DNA of 64,000 bases, from assembly GCF_018977255.1 (NCBI RefSeq), contig NW_024704742.1:41604001-41668000 (forward strand), read 5' to 3'. Below the pieces are notes generated by a model. That model saw nothing but the letters and a program-made list of their open reading frames with translations. It did no database searches and had not been told where the DNA came from. The stretch comes from Callorhinchus milii (lineage: Eukaryota). A program made the translations under genes and the position numbers. Below, in pieces: positions 35,753 through 48,267 of this stretch. The number at the start of each line of letters is the position of its first letter. Position 1 is the stretch's first letter.

Positions 35753-37169
35753 ATAATATTATTAACATTTCCAGACTTTTTTTTAAGTTGAAAGACCTTT
35801 ATAAATGTACATTGTTTAAAGATACCAAGACTACAATGAAGTGTCAATGTAGACTATATAAGTTCAAAGGTATTAGTCACTCACAAAGCTTCTAACACAG
35901 CAGCAAGAGTACTACCAACTGAGCCAGACTGAAACCTAACTGACTGTTGTAGGAACATATAAGATAACTGCACCTGCAGTGGGTTTGCTGAGTCAGTGAA
36001 ACGGCAGGAAGCGAAGTATCTAAGGGTGAAAAAGCACTCTGGCATGGAGAGGACAAGAGCAGAACATGTTCTGTTTTTATTGGACTGGACTTATCTTGCC
36101 GATCAATCGAGTCTCACAGCACTTTATGCTTTGATTTGTTTTTAATAAAAATATAGGCTAACTCTCCTTTCATTTCAAGTGATATAAAAACAGAACATTC
36201 CTTTTATTATTTTAACCTCAGTAAAATATATATTTACCCAATCCACCCGCAATCCTTGCACTGCCAGAATGATTGGAGGTTATTCAGGATCAGATATTAT
36301 TCGGATGTTACATATTTACAATTTACAGAATTGAGAACTTTTGCAATTAATTGAGTATGTATTTCTTTGTCAAAATATGTTGAGGAGGTGCAGAGGGACA
36401 TTTTGCTACTGTTTCCCTTTACGGGTCCATAATATGTTTTGCTTTGCACTTTGAATTTACCCTAATGTGGGTGGATTTTGGTTGCAAAGCAAAATCTCCT
36501 TGCAAGGAATCTAAGGATTTCCTCCGTTGGTGCTCTACTGGTGGCATTCACATATTTATATGGGGAATTAGAGGCAGAGCTGGAAAAGTAGATAGTCAAT
36601 ATTCTGAAATGGATGGGAGGGGAAAAACAATAAGATGTTAATGCTGTTGCTGACTCTTGCTAGTAAAATAGCAGGGTTGTGATGCTCGGAGTTCTACTTA
36701 GATTTATCCTGCCTCAAAAGCACAAAGAGATTGTTGTCTAGGTGCTGACTGACTGCTGTAGTGTTATGGTCAGAATCTGATGATAAATCATTTTGACGTT
36801 AACAAAATCCTTATGATTAAAGGATTAAGCAAATTATATTACTGCGTCCAGACTGTGATATGCCAATGAATTGAAATATCAAACTACCAATGGAGTGAGC
36901 TCGAAAACAAATCAAACCCACAGGCCATAACCAAAGAACAAACCATTTTCCGGATGGGTGGGGAAGAGGGTGACTTGACATCAGGTTGATACTGGGTGTA
37001 GAACACAACTCATAATGTTGCTGCTACGTGTCTATGTGCTGGAGTAAAGAGAATGCAATAGCTACACTGTTAGAAATAAATGAGTTTCTTCTTTCTCCAT
37101 CTTTTTTCTTTGCTGCTTTTAACTTTTTCAGCTCAAAGTAGCATACTTATACCAGTTGATATGTGCGTC

Positions 37170-37668
37170 TGCCTACAAAATGCACAATCACGATACTTTG
37201 GCTTCCTGTCAGAGAACGGATCAATTTCAAGATCCTCACACTCACCTTCAAATCACTTCATACCCTAGTATCTCCCTACTTTTCCAACTTACTTATACTC
37301 CACTTTTCCACCTGCTCCCTTTGTTCGGTCGGCTTGGGCCTTCTGCACTTCCCTCCACCTCTCTGTTTCACCGTCAACAGCCATACCTTCAGCCACTATG
37401 CCGGGAACCTCTGGAACTCCCTGCCTCAATACCTCTGCCTTGCCCTCTCTTTGCCCATCTTCAAATCACACCTGAGGAATTTCCTCTTCCACCTTGCCAA
37501 TCTCCTTTTTCTCCTGGCTCTGCGCCAAACTATGCCATTGTTCAGCACTCTGAGATGCTTCCTTAAGTGAAAGGTGCTATATAAATGCAAGTTGCTGCGG
37601 TTGTACAGTATATCCTGTGAAGCGCTTTGAGATGTCCTCCTGGCTATATCAAATGAAGGATTATTATT
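37170..37668 (+). mobile_element. L2 3' fragment followed by a SINE tail
   Basis: 'LWLPVRERINFKILTLTFKSLH...FSHYAGNLWNSLP...FKSHLRNFLF'; tail 'gtgaaaggtgctatataaatgcaagttg'. Confidence 0.85.
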
Positions 37669-37759
37669 TGTATTTATCTTGCCTACCGCCAAATACCCAC
37701 CTATTAACGCTGGCACAAGGCCCCAACGCCAGCACCTGTGGTGCTGTGCCTGGGGAAGG

Positions 37760-38112
37760 GGGTGCTGTGTGTGGGTAAATAGGAACCGGGTTCAATTCCC
37801 AGGCAGGCGAAACCTTAGGTAAGTTTCCTTGCTCCACAGACCTCTAGTTTTCGTAGCAGTAAGTAGGAACCCAGTTGTTAGTTGATTGGTGGATCACTTG
37901 CTTTCCGAGGGTAATAATCCCTAAAAAATCCCAATAATTTGCTCACTCAATCCATGACTGTTTATGGGACAATGCTGTGCGCAATTGGCTGCTGCATTCT
38001 GCCCACAAAGTATACAGTCAATACACTTAACAGTATATTCTGTGAAACACTTTGAAACGTCTTGATGTTGTGATAAGGTGCTATATCAAATGCAAGGATT
38101 ATTATCATTATT
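37760..38112 (+). mobile_element. tRNA SINE, long form
   Basis: B box 'gggttcaattccc', the extra 'gtagcagtaagtaggaacccagttgttagttgattgg' block, Deu-like 3' block and tail. Confidence 0.85.
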
Positions 38113-38611
38113 ACTAATTAGTAGAGTACAGTTAAAGATGCAGCATTTGGATTTTTAATTGAAATGTATATCTTTGATTCAAATGAAATTTTTTAAATAA
38201 ATAATATGTCCCTTAATAGCTAGTATTTAACTAAACAAATGAAAATGAAAATCATACTTCAATTCCCTTTTTGTTGAGGAGATATTTGGAGTAAATTCCT
38301 CTGTGGTGCTACCAAATTGAGAAGTATTACTCTAAATGTATATCAATATTGGGTTCAAAATTATGGCTTGGATTTGCGACTTGGAGTAATTATTAAGGAG
38401 GCTTTTACATATCCCAGGGTATACAACATTTATATTGTGCCTTTCATGACAGGAGGATGTCCCAAGGTGTTGGACAGCCCAAGATTTGCACCTGAGCTGG
38501 GAGTGGGACCAAAGGCATGGCGGGGCAGGGGTGGAGGGGCTCGAGGGGTGAAGGGGGAAAGGATGGCCGAAAGTACGTTCATAGTGGAAGTTCTTGAAGT
38601 GGATCTTGAAT

Positions 38612-38925
38612 GATAATATAATAATCCTTGCATTTTATACAGCGCTTTTCACGTCTTCTAGATGTCTCAAAGCTCTTCACAGAATATATTTTAAAGTGAA
38701 AATTGACTGTATATTTGTGGGCGAAACGAGGCAACCAATTACACACAGCAGTCTCCCACAAACAGTTGTGGATTGAAATGACCAATTTATTATTTTTTTT
38801 TCTTGAGGGATTATTATCAGGCATGTGGAGTAAGGAAACTTGCCCAAGGTTTTGCCCTGCCGGGAATTGAACCCAGGTCTCTCTTGTGAGGCAAGTGCTC
38901 TAACCACTGAGCTATAGGACTCCAC
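38612..38925 (-). mobile_element. tRNA-Ala SINE, full length, short form
   Basis: Complete head (...aaccactgagctataggactccac) to tail. Confidence 0.92.
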
Positions 38926-38990
38926 AAAGTGAGGAGGGAAGAGGTGAGTCAAAAGGACTTTGGGATGCAGTTTCAGAAAATGGGGGCAAA

Positions 38991-39377
38991 TAATAATAAT
39001 AACCCTTGCATTTGATGTAGTGCCTGGTTGTTATTGTTGCCTTATCACATCACCCAGGCATCTCAAAGTGCTTCACAGAGCTTGCCTGTAAAGAGAATTG
39101 ACTGTATATTTTGTGGGTGAAATGCAGCAGCAAATTGTACACAGTAGTGTCCCACAAACAATCATGGAGCGAGTGACCAAATTTTTTTTATTTTGAAGGG
39201 ATTATTAACCCCAGAAAGTGATTCTCCAAGCGACTAACAATCAGGTTCCTATTACTGCTTGTAAACAGGCATGTGGAGCATGGAAACTTGCTTAAGGTTT
39301 AGCCCTGCCTGGGAATCGAACCCAGGTTCTCTTGTTTACGAGGCGAATGCTCTAAGCAATATGCTTCTGGACTCCAC
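38991..39377 (-). mobile_element. tRNA SINE, full length, long form
   Basis: Contains the extra block 'ccccagaaagtgattctccaagcgactaacaatcaggttcctattactgcttgtaaacaggc'. Confidence 0.88.
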
Positions 39378-42359
39378 TGAAAGCCCGACTGCTGATGATG
39401 GGTTGGGCAGGATGGGGGAAAGTGAAGCAGGCCAGTGCCTGCTGACTGGAGGGAGCAGCCGGATTTGTAGGTTTGGAAATTGCTAAAGTAGGGTGGGGTA
39501 AGACTATGGAGGGATTAAAGGCTAGAATGAGGGTCTTGAACTCGATCTGCTGGGGCATGGGAACTAGTGAAGCTGGGCGAGGTGGGAGTGATAGGCTCAT
39601 CGGAGTAATAGCGAGGGAGAGGACACGAGCTGCAGAATTCTGGATAGTCTGCAGTTTGTGAAGGGAAGCCAAAGAATAAATGACATGCCAAAATGTTCAA
39701 AGCAATTTTTATTAGAGTGGAAATACAGCCTTATTTCCTCAAATATATTGCTTAATGCACAAACAAATACAAAAGAATGATTGCAGCCTGCCAACTTCTG
39801 AACAATAAACCTAACTTCTGAATATTATTATTATTATTAGACAGTTTCTCAGACATTTCTCTGATATTGAGTCACTTATGTCACTGGTGAATTAATAATT
39901 AATACATTGCATGACAGGGTTGTTGTGTTGTGGCCGGATGGGGGGGAATTAGATAAAGAAACAGCATGATTCTGTTAATCAAGCGGGAGCAATCTAAATA
40001 CAATATAATTTACATTTGTAAAGCACCTCTCACTTCGGGAAGTGCTTGCCAATGATAGCTGGGCACCTGAACTGGGGATATGAGCCAGGGGAGGGGAAAG
40101 ATGCCCGAAAACACGGTGGGAATGTTATCACTGTTCCCCGTAAATGCAGTCAGGTCATGCTCAAAGCAATAGGTTTCAGATCTGTGTAAGAGAGTAAGCC
40201 TAGGTAACCACCACACAGTCTTGAAAAATGAAACTGCTCTTCACAGCCAGTCTTTTCACACTCTTTGTTTGAGCCCTGGCAACTTGTTGTCACAATGATT
40301 TAACTTCACAGTGCTTGGAATTTGTTGAGTGAGAAACAGCTTCAATCTGTGTTTCTCTACCTGTTTATGCATTCACTAGCTGTACGCGTTGCAGCTACGT
40401 TTGCAACCAAAGGATCCAATATGGAATGTAGATTGACACACAGACAGACACGCTTATTCTTGAAAGATTTTTGCTTAGGCATCTTTATAATGATGAATAT
40501 AAACGTATAATTTATAATCACTGGGAGGTCCTCCCGACATGAAAGGCGCTTTAAAAATGTAATTGTGTTGTTGTTGCTGCGGTTTAGCTTTGTCTGTGTT
40601 CTTTATTTTGCTCCCCCCGCTGCTTGGCTACGTGTGTGCTCTGAGACGCAAGATGCCACAGTGCCACTGCAGTGAAAAACGCAAACCTGAAATACATTTT
40701 AGGTCACAACTCATGAACGATAGGAGCTACCTGAAAACTAATATGCCCACATCACTCCCAAGTACAAGACCTTTCCGATGAGGTATAAATTATGTTTCTA
40801 CCTCTATCGGTTATTGAAATCCTTTTGAAGCGCACACAGGCAGCCAAACATTGTCGTTTTATTAGTATAGATTACAGCCTCCACCAATATTTTGCAAGCA
40901 GCAGTGCCTTCATTGCCCTATCAAAAAGGTCAACTAGACAATGTAAGCGTACTGCCTGCTGAGCAAAGTAGGCAGAAACAGTCAATTTAGCATGCACGAC
41001 AGATGAATAGACCAATAAACAATACATTAAAAATAAAAATGACTTTCTATACAACTTCAGACATGTTTTTCCTGTCTCAGGAGCTGGAAGAGGATGGTTT
41101 TGAAACCTGGCAGTAACAGTTAAGCCAATTTTCCTCTCATCAGTAGCTCATATTGAGGGTCAGAGAAGGGGATAGGATATTGCTTTCTGATTTTCTTCTT
41201 GTGCTACTGAAGCTACTGTTGACATAGATAGGGCAGTTGGAAGCATACTGGGTTGCTGTAAATGGCCCTATACAAATGTAATATTTTTGAGTTAATATGT
41301 GCATTGTTGAAAAGTTAAAGAGGGCTGAAGGCAATGGTCCCCAATGGGATTCACTAATAGTAACTCAGAGTGATGAACAGAGAATGTTTCTGGTGATGGG
41401 CAGACCATCATAGCTGCCACTGCTCTGGAGTGTCCAAAATAGATTGTGGGGTTTCTTACATTGTGTGTTACAGGCAAGATCTCCTGTTTGCAACCCTGAG
41501 TTGCTGTTAGTGAATAACATTGAAAATCTCTGCCTTTTCAACCCCATTATTGATGCAGAATTTTCCACAAAATATATTTTTTCTTTAATTCCCCTCTCCC
41601 CCAACCAAACTAAACACACAATAAAAAACATTGAGACGGTATCTCAAGCTACCAGCTTGGCAGGTCTCTCTGTCTACTAATGGACAAGCAAAATTGCTGC
41701 AGCAGCACATATAAAGTCTGCTATGATGACACTTAACATATTGAATTGCTGGATTTACTTTGTGGCACCGGCTGCACTGTACTCAACTACTAACACTTGA
41801 TGCTCATATTGCAACCGCAGCATTTAGATTTAAAAGGCCCAGGGTTGTCCAAGCTTTGGCTCTCAGCCGCATAACAGAAGCTGGAGCTGGGAGATTGGCC
41901 TTAATACAGGTGGATAACATTTTACTGCAGGTATTCCTTTGAAATGTATCATTGCGCTGAGGCTGTCAGTTGAGGGGGCAGATGGGGAAACTATCTGTAC
42001 TTCCAGTTAAAGAAAGGAGTCCCAATTTGCACAACTCTGATCCCATATTAAGAAATACTGCACATCAGACCCCGATCTGTGTAATTGAATTGTACGATTT
42101 AACTATCATCTTTATTTGCATTCCTTGTGAAAAAAATTAATAAAATTGAACTTAATTAAAGTGAGCTTGTAAGACAGTTAATTAGAGAACCTCTTGAGTG
42201 ACAAATTTGGATAATTCTCTCTGATTAACGGTTTAACCATCTGTCTCTGTCTCTCTCTGTCTTCCACTCACTGCATGAGGCAGGACACTTTGATTGGATT
42301 CTGTGCTCATATCAATGGCTTTGCAAAGTACAGTATAATCTCAGCTACTTTTTGAAAGG

Positions 42360-42640
42360 GTCAATAAACCGAGATTCTGGCTGCCTGTTCAGACGGACGT
42401 TAAAGACCCCTGGCATTATTCAAAAGGAGCAGTGTCCTTGCAAACAATCCTTCAGATAAATCGGGTATTCAACAAGTTGTATTTATATAACATCTTTCAC
42501 ATAGAAGGGAATGGTAAAATGCATTCACCTCAGTTGTCTGTCTGGCTCAGTTTGTAGCACCCTTGCCTTTGAGTCAGAAATTTGTTGGTTTAAGCTTGAT
42601 GTTGGTTTAAGCTTGATGTAGGGACTTGGAAATCCAATAC
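42360..42640 (+). mobile_element. Deu-SINE fragments (Deu block ~42360-42430; head ~42535-42630 with a 17-nt tandem duplication)
   Basis: 'taaaccgagattctggctgcctgttcagacggacgttaaagaccc'; head 'tggctcagtttgtagcacccttgcctttgagtcag'; gttggtttaagcttgat occurs twice. Confidence 0.6.
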
Positions 42641-42707
42641 TATGTTTTGAGACCTTATAAGGAACTCTTAAAACAGAAATGCTTTCTTTCTATATATTTT
42701 TTTTAAC

Positions 42708-43810
42708 GACCAGGGCTCCCTCTGCCTCCTCATCCTCCTTGACCTCTCTGCTGCCTTCGATACCATTGACCACTCTATCCTCCTCCACGGCCGCTCCTCT
42801 CACCTCAACCTTCATGGTTCTGTCCTTGAATGGTTCAGATCATATCTCTCACACCGTCTTCACTTCATCTCCACAAATGGTTTCTCCTCTAGCCCCCGCA
42901 TGGTGCGGTGTTCCTCAGGGCTCCATTCTTGGTCCCCTCCTCTTCAATATCTAAATACTCCCTCTTGGTGACATCATCTGCAGATGTATGTGGATCACAC
43001 CCAACTCTAGCTCCCTGCCTCCTCTCTTGACTCCAGGACCACTGCTGTCCAGACAGAATGTCTGTCAGACATCAAGTCCTGGATGAGAGCTAATTTTCTT
43101 TAGTTGAACATCAACAAAATCAAGCCCCTCCTGATTGGCTCCTGTCAGCGCTTCCTCACCTCAGGTACTGACAGCATCACCATCCAAGGAAGCACAAGCC
43201 ACCTTACTAAGCCAGTCCGGAACCCTGGCATCTTGTTTGACCCTCAACTATCCTTTCTACCTCAAATCCGTGCCGTGACCCGCTCTGCCTTCCGCCACTG
43301 TCTCACATCGCAGGCCGCCGAAACCCTCATAAATGCATTCATAACATCTAGGCTTGACTATGCAAACTCCCCGTTGTTGGCCTCCCCAGCTCCTCCCTCC
43401 ATAGGTATTCCAGATCTCTGTAGCCCGTATCCTCTCCCGCACCAGGCTCCATTACTCTATCATCCCCATCCTTGCCCAAATCCACTGGCTCCCCATCACA
43501 CAGGAGATTCAATTCAAGTTCCTGTCCTCCCTTTCAAAGCCTTCCATGGCCTTACTCAGCCACTCTGCTCCCAACATCTGGAACTCCATCCTGCAGACCC
43601 TCCCCCTCGCCCCCTCCCTTGCCTCCTTCAAGACCCATCTCAAGACCCTCCTCTTCAACCATGGCTTAAATCACCCTCCATCTCACCCTGCCCTCCACCC
43701 TCCCCGATCTTGACCTCTAGCTTGGGTCCGAAACACTGACTGCCCAGTGCCTTGGGACGTCCTCCAGACGTGAAAGGTGCTATACAAATGTAATTTTGTT
43801 GTTATTGTTG
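42708..43810 (+). mobile_element. L2 LINE fragment with RT core, same subfamily as the 19.2 kb and 22.5 kb copies
   Basis: '[15 protein letters not shown]', 'GILFDPQLSFLPQI', 'AAETLINAFITSRLDYANS'; tail 'gggacgtcctccagacgtgaaaggtgctatacaaatgtaattttgttgtt'. Confidence 0.93.
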
Positions 43811-44687
43811 AGATATACAGTCTATTGCTTGTGAATGACAATGAACTCATATTGCAACATAGTTCCATTTTCAAGCATTATAGGTGCTCCTGGGTGCACT
43901 TCAGTTTCCCTCCTCCCCAACACACACTCCTTGTGAAAACAGCATAAAGGAAAATCAATCTGTCAGAAAATAATGATCACATCGCAAAACACTGTAAATT
44001 GCAAATGTATCAAATTACTGTAGAATCAGATCTTTTCAGTGTCAGCTCTCATCGCTCCACGTTCTGAGGAACGCCATTTCATCAACAATAGCTAGGTAAG
44101 ACACATGCTTAAAGCATCTAATGGCTTTATTAATGTGCTTCAGTTTCAGGTACAATAAACCACCTAAAACTAATAATCATTAAAAAAGGGCTTTTGTTGC
44201 TTGTAAAAGATGGTGTTTTTTGATTGCAAAGGAAAACAGCCTTGATCTGAATGATCTTTAGGACATTTAATATGTCCTATCAAGTTTGCTATCATCACAT
44301 TGGTTACAGGTTAAGTATTTGGCATCTATGCCTGAAACCACAGAACAAAAGGTATTTTATTAATGTTTGATAGCAGTATAGTGGATGTGTGTGGCTTTGT
44401 ACCTGTACTCCCTGGTTGTCTAATAGTGAATCTGTGTTTGTGTGTGTGGAGAGAGCTACATTCATATTCCCTGCTGCTCACTCAGTTATCCACATTCTAT
44501 GGTTAGTCTGTCTATGTGGTGATGGTGGGGGTTGAATCTGAATTGCCTTTGATTTTGTGAACGTTTGGATTGTGGCCCTTTAATATCAAATTTAAAGGCA
44601 ACCTGACGCACATCCATTGAGCACATATCTTGTCCTTGGCTCTGCAGTTGCACTCCTTCTACCAATGTGAATTCAGACATTTTTACA

Positions 44688-44760
44688 ATAACAATTGTAT
44701 AGCGCCTTTCACAGTCTCCCAATGTGAAGGATGCTATACAAATGTAATTTGTTGTTGTTT
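44688..44760. mobile_element. Two L2 3' tails fused back-to-back (imperfect hairpin)
   Basis: 'aacaattgtatagcgcctttcaca' (minus-strand tail) + 'ctcccaatgtgaaggatgctatacaaatgtaatttgttgttgtt' (plus-strand tail). Confidence 0.75.
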
Positions 44761-44839
44761 GTCATTGTTTCCCCCTACACACACCTTATGCTCTCCTGAA
44801 GGCATTGAATAATATTGGAGTTTAATCCAGTCAAAAAAT

Positions 44840-45100
44840 ACCCTTTGATATCTTGCCCAAGTGGCAAGTGTTGGCTGCCTGTTCAACAATGTGGGTATCA
44901 GGGGCTGGTCTTGTGCTCTACCGATGTCCATATAAGTACAGTGTCTAGAAGGGAGCCAGAAGATAGTGATCAGGAACCCTAGGATTTTGCCTTCTCCAGG
45001 TCAGGGATATAAGGGGACAATCTTACCACCACCTCAGCTCCAATTGATTAATTTTGTATGAACCGTACATGGAACCTGGCTCCAATGGTTATGTATGGCT
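44840..45100 (-). mobile_element. Ancient SINE-like repeat (second family; copy 3)
   Basis: Reverse complement aligns by eye to 3560-3860 and 8720-8998. Confidence 0.5.
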
Positions 45101-45152
45101 CAACTTCACCCCACGCAATGAATTAATCAAATCAACCACTGAATTAGATCAT

Positions 45153-45470
45153 GTGGAGTCCTGTAGCTCAGTGGTTAGAGCACTCACCTTGCAAGCGAGA
45201 CACCTGGGTTCAATTCCAGGCGTGAAACCTTGGGCAAATTTCCTTACTCCACATGCCTAATAATAACCCCTACAAGAAAAGCAATAATAAATTGGTCATT
45301 TTCAATCCACAACTGTTTGTGAGACACTGCTGTGCGCAATTGGCTGCCGCGTTTCGCCCACAAATATACAGTCAATTCACTTTAAAGCATATTCTATGAA
45401 GCGCTTTGAGACGTTGAGAAGACGTGAAAAGCGCTATATCAAATGCAAGGATTATTATTATTATTATTAT
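45153..45470 (+). mobile_element. tRNA-Ala SINE, full length, short form
   Basis: Intact A/B boxes, TTGCAA loop, CpG-retaining body and (TAT)n tail. Confidence 0.93.
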
Positions 45471-46804
45471 GTATATGCTTTTAAAGTCTTTAAAATCATC
45501 TGCTGGTTAATTCATACTCCGGCTCCCTGAAGTTCAGAAATCCGACATAAATTAATGTCAGAGGAAAAATAGGATTAGCCACAGTTGAATCTAAGTATGT
45601 TTACTAACTGCTATATCATTTTAAGGCAACAGAAAATGAGCACAGAATCATTACTATAGCGTCTGTGACCTCCTAATGCTTATTACTGCTTTATATAGGA
45701 TTAATAACTGTTCACAAGTTTAAAGATCATGTGAATGCAGTCACTTTAAAATCCATTCCTGTTAAGGTCAATACATGTATGGTATGCAAAACACTGGCAA
45801 AATCATTGAATGGAAATGCAAATACATCGAAGAAAATGAGTATCAAATACTTTAATTAAGCTTAAGATATACCCAGGGGCTGGGCTGGGAGCTGACTGGA
45901 ATTGCTCCCCTAATCTAATTATGTTGCTCATTCTCATTCCTAGTGGAGAATCAAATTATATATTAGCTCACAGACTCACTAAATAGTACGATCTGCTAAA
46001 TGACAGCCGCAGTCCCCAACAGCCATCTATTTTTTGGACAAGAGGAATCATCTTGTTTTGATTTCTCTGTTAGAGCAGCATATAAGAAGTCAAGCAAAAT
46101 TTAAGGATGGCACTCCCCATACATCAGTTGATGCCCAGACCCATAGAAGGCCCCACGGTTGCTGCCCTTACAGTTTAAAAGATGTTGAGAGCATAATTTA
46201 TATTCTTTGAAGTGATTTATGTAATTATTTAAAGCACGTCTCATAGCCAAAGCTCCAAATTAAAATTATCTTCATTAAAGCTCGGCAGACATGTTGTGTA
46301 AAGACTGCCATCACCTGACCATGCAACAATCATTGCAATTTTTATGAATTCTTCAATGTTTCGTGTCTTTCTTTCACTTTTTGCGCTCAAGGCGCTTACT
46401 CGCAATACGAAAACTGTGTAGCCTTTTGGAACCTCGTACAAACGAACACTTTTCATGTATGTGCCAAAAGAGTGAGAGTCATAAGAAAACATAGGAGCAG
46501 AAAAGTCCTTTCATCTTGTTATGCCCACTGATTTCACAGACTACATAATCCTTTCTTGCCCTTAACCCTTCTCATCCTGGAATAAAGCTGCACAAATATC
46601 CTGAATTATAAAGACTGAATATCCTGAATTAGTCAACAACTGCAGACTACTTATCCATTACATTAACTTATCTTTCTCGTTCAGACAGTCATTGGGTTGA
46701 TGTGCATTAACAGTGTTTTATAGATAGTTATTTTAGAACAACAAAGACTGTACAGCATTAAAACTCTGGAGTTCTGTACCATATTTGATAGATTCCGATA
46801 ATGA

Positions 46805-47040
46805 CAGTTCGATTCCCAGGCAGAGCGTAAACTTCGGCAAATTTCCTTTTTCCAAATGCCTCTGTTTAGCTAGCAGTAAGTAGGAACCCAGTAATTTTGT
46901 CACTCAACCCATAACTGTTTGTGGGACATTGCTGTGCACAATTGGCTGTCTTGTTTTGCCCACAAATTATACAGTCAATTCACTTTACAGTATATTCCGT
47001 GATGGGCTTTGAGATGTCTCAACAGCGTAATATTATTATC
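46805..47040 (+). mobile_element. tRNA SINE, long form, partly deleted
   Basis: 'gttcgattcccaggcag...gcctctgtttagctagcagtaagtaggaaccc...gtgggacattgctgtgcacaattggctg'. Confidence 0.8.
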
Positions 47041-47105
47041 ATACAAAACAGACAACAAGACTTGGTTCCAATTAACTGAGGACTCGGACTGGTGGTGAAT
47101 TATTG

Positions 47106-47512
47106 AACAACAACAACAACAAATTGCATTTATATGGCCTTTCATGTCAGAAGGACATCCCAAGGCACTGGACAGCTAAGAGTTTGCACCCAACCTCAGG
47201 GTTGGAATCAAAAGAGGTGGAGGGCAAGAGGAGGGAGGATGACCGAAGCCACAGCTGAAGAGGAAGGTCTTGAGATGGGACTTTAATGAGGCAAGGGAAG
47301 GGATGAGGTGAAGGACTCTGGGAGGGAGTTCCAGAGGGTGAGGGGAGAAAGGCTGAAGGCCTGACCACTGATGGTGGGGCAGGCAGTGCATGGAACATGA
47401 AGCAGGCCATTGCCTGCCGAATGGAGGGGGTGGGCAGGTTTGTATGGTTTTAGTAGGTTGCAGAGGTAGGAAGAAACAAGACCATGGAGGGCTTTAAAGG
47501 TGAGGGCGAAGG
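47106..47512 (-). mobile_element. L2 3' fragment
   Basis: (CAA)n tail; 'SLASLKSHLKTFLF' on the minus strand. Confidence 0.85.
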
Positions 47513-48072
47513 TTGGGGAAGAGTCAGACTAGGGGTGTATTATTGAGTTCTCAAACTAGGAGAGAGTTATGGAGCACTCAGGTGGGTGGGTAATGGTGGT
47601 GGTGGGTGGAGTGGGGGGAAGAATTCCTGACCTCTCTTTTGTGGTTTGTGGCATCAGATTCACTAGGAATGTTTCCCTTACTAACTCTGAGGCTGCTTAA
47701 AATGTTGGATACTGATCAGAAATGCTGATGCATTTCTTATTGTGTCAGCTTCCTGATTTTACACAGAGCTGGCACTTAGCACATTTCAGTTGAGTTGGTG
47801 AGTTATTGACAAGATATGTCACGGTTTAACTTTAGGTAACATACACTGTATTAGAGGTTGAAATTGGGAACACTACATTCCTAAAGCTTCTATACAAATT
47901 CAAAGATTATTTATATATAAGCTGTTATTAATTATCAAATGAAAAAGTAAATGATTTCGTTATAGGTTCTCTTACTTATTTATAAATTCTCTGCACTCTG
48001 AAAGTATCTTATAAACTATTCCTTGAAGAGAATAGTCTTTAACTTTACTAAATTGTTTCTAATAGAAATTCC

Positions 48073-48116
48073 ACACTGCACCAACGGTTACACTGGAGTA
48101 ACCGTTGGTGCAGTGT
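48073..48116. repeat. Perfect 19-bp inverted repeat with a 6-nt spacer
   Basis: ACACTGCACCAACGGTTAC-actgga-GTAACCGTTGGTGCAGTGT. Confidence 0.95.
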
Positions 48117-48267
48117 TAACAGGATGAATGTCGACAATGTGGCATGTCTGATTACAGAGTCAGAAATCAAGGATGTTTGAAGCAGCAGGTGCCTGTACAT
48201 TCTGTCTGCCCAAGGCAGGAAACACAGGAGGTTTGTCAGTAAAGAGGGATTTCACTAATGCCATATT

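Larger units (their letters stand above)
38428..39670 (-). mobile_element. Single L2 3' fragment interrupted by two SINE insertions
   Basis: L2 pieces at 38428-38610, ~38926-38990 and 39378-39670 are colinear; the last encodes 'SLHKLQTIQNSAARVLS'. Confidence 0.8.

Noticed and set aside
41821..41930. Plus-strand candidate exon (AFRFKRPRVVQ...)
   Set aside because: Weak donor (GTATTC) and acceptor; no recognisable homology.
44040..44095. Plus-strand 56-nt candidate exon ending at GTAAGA
   Set aside because: Plausible splice sites but no recognisable peptide or other support.
45153..45230. tRNA-Ala(TGC) gene (also at 31985, 62780-62853, etc.)
   Set aside because: The tRNA-like head has no proper acceptor stem and continues into a SINE body and tail in many copies. 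These are SINE heads, not tRNA genes.
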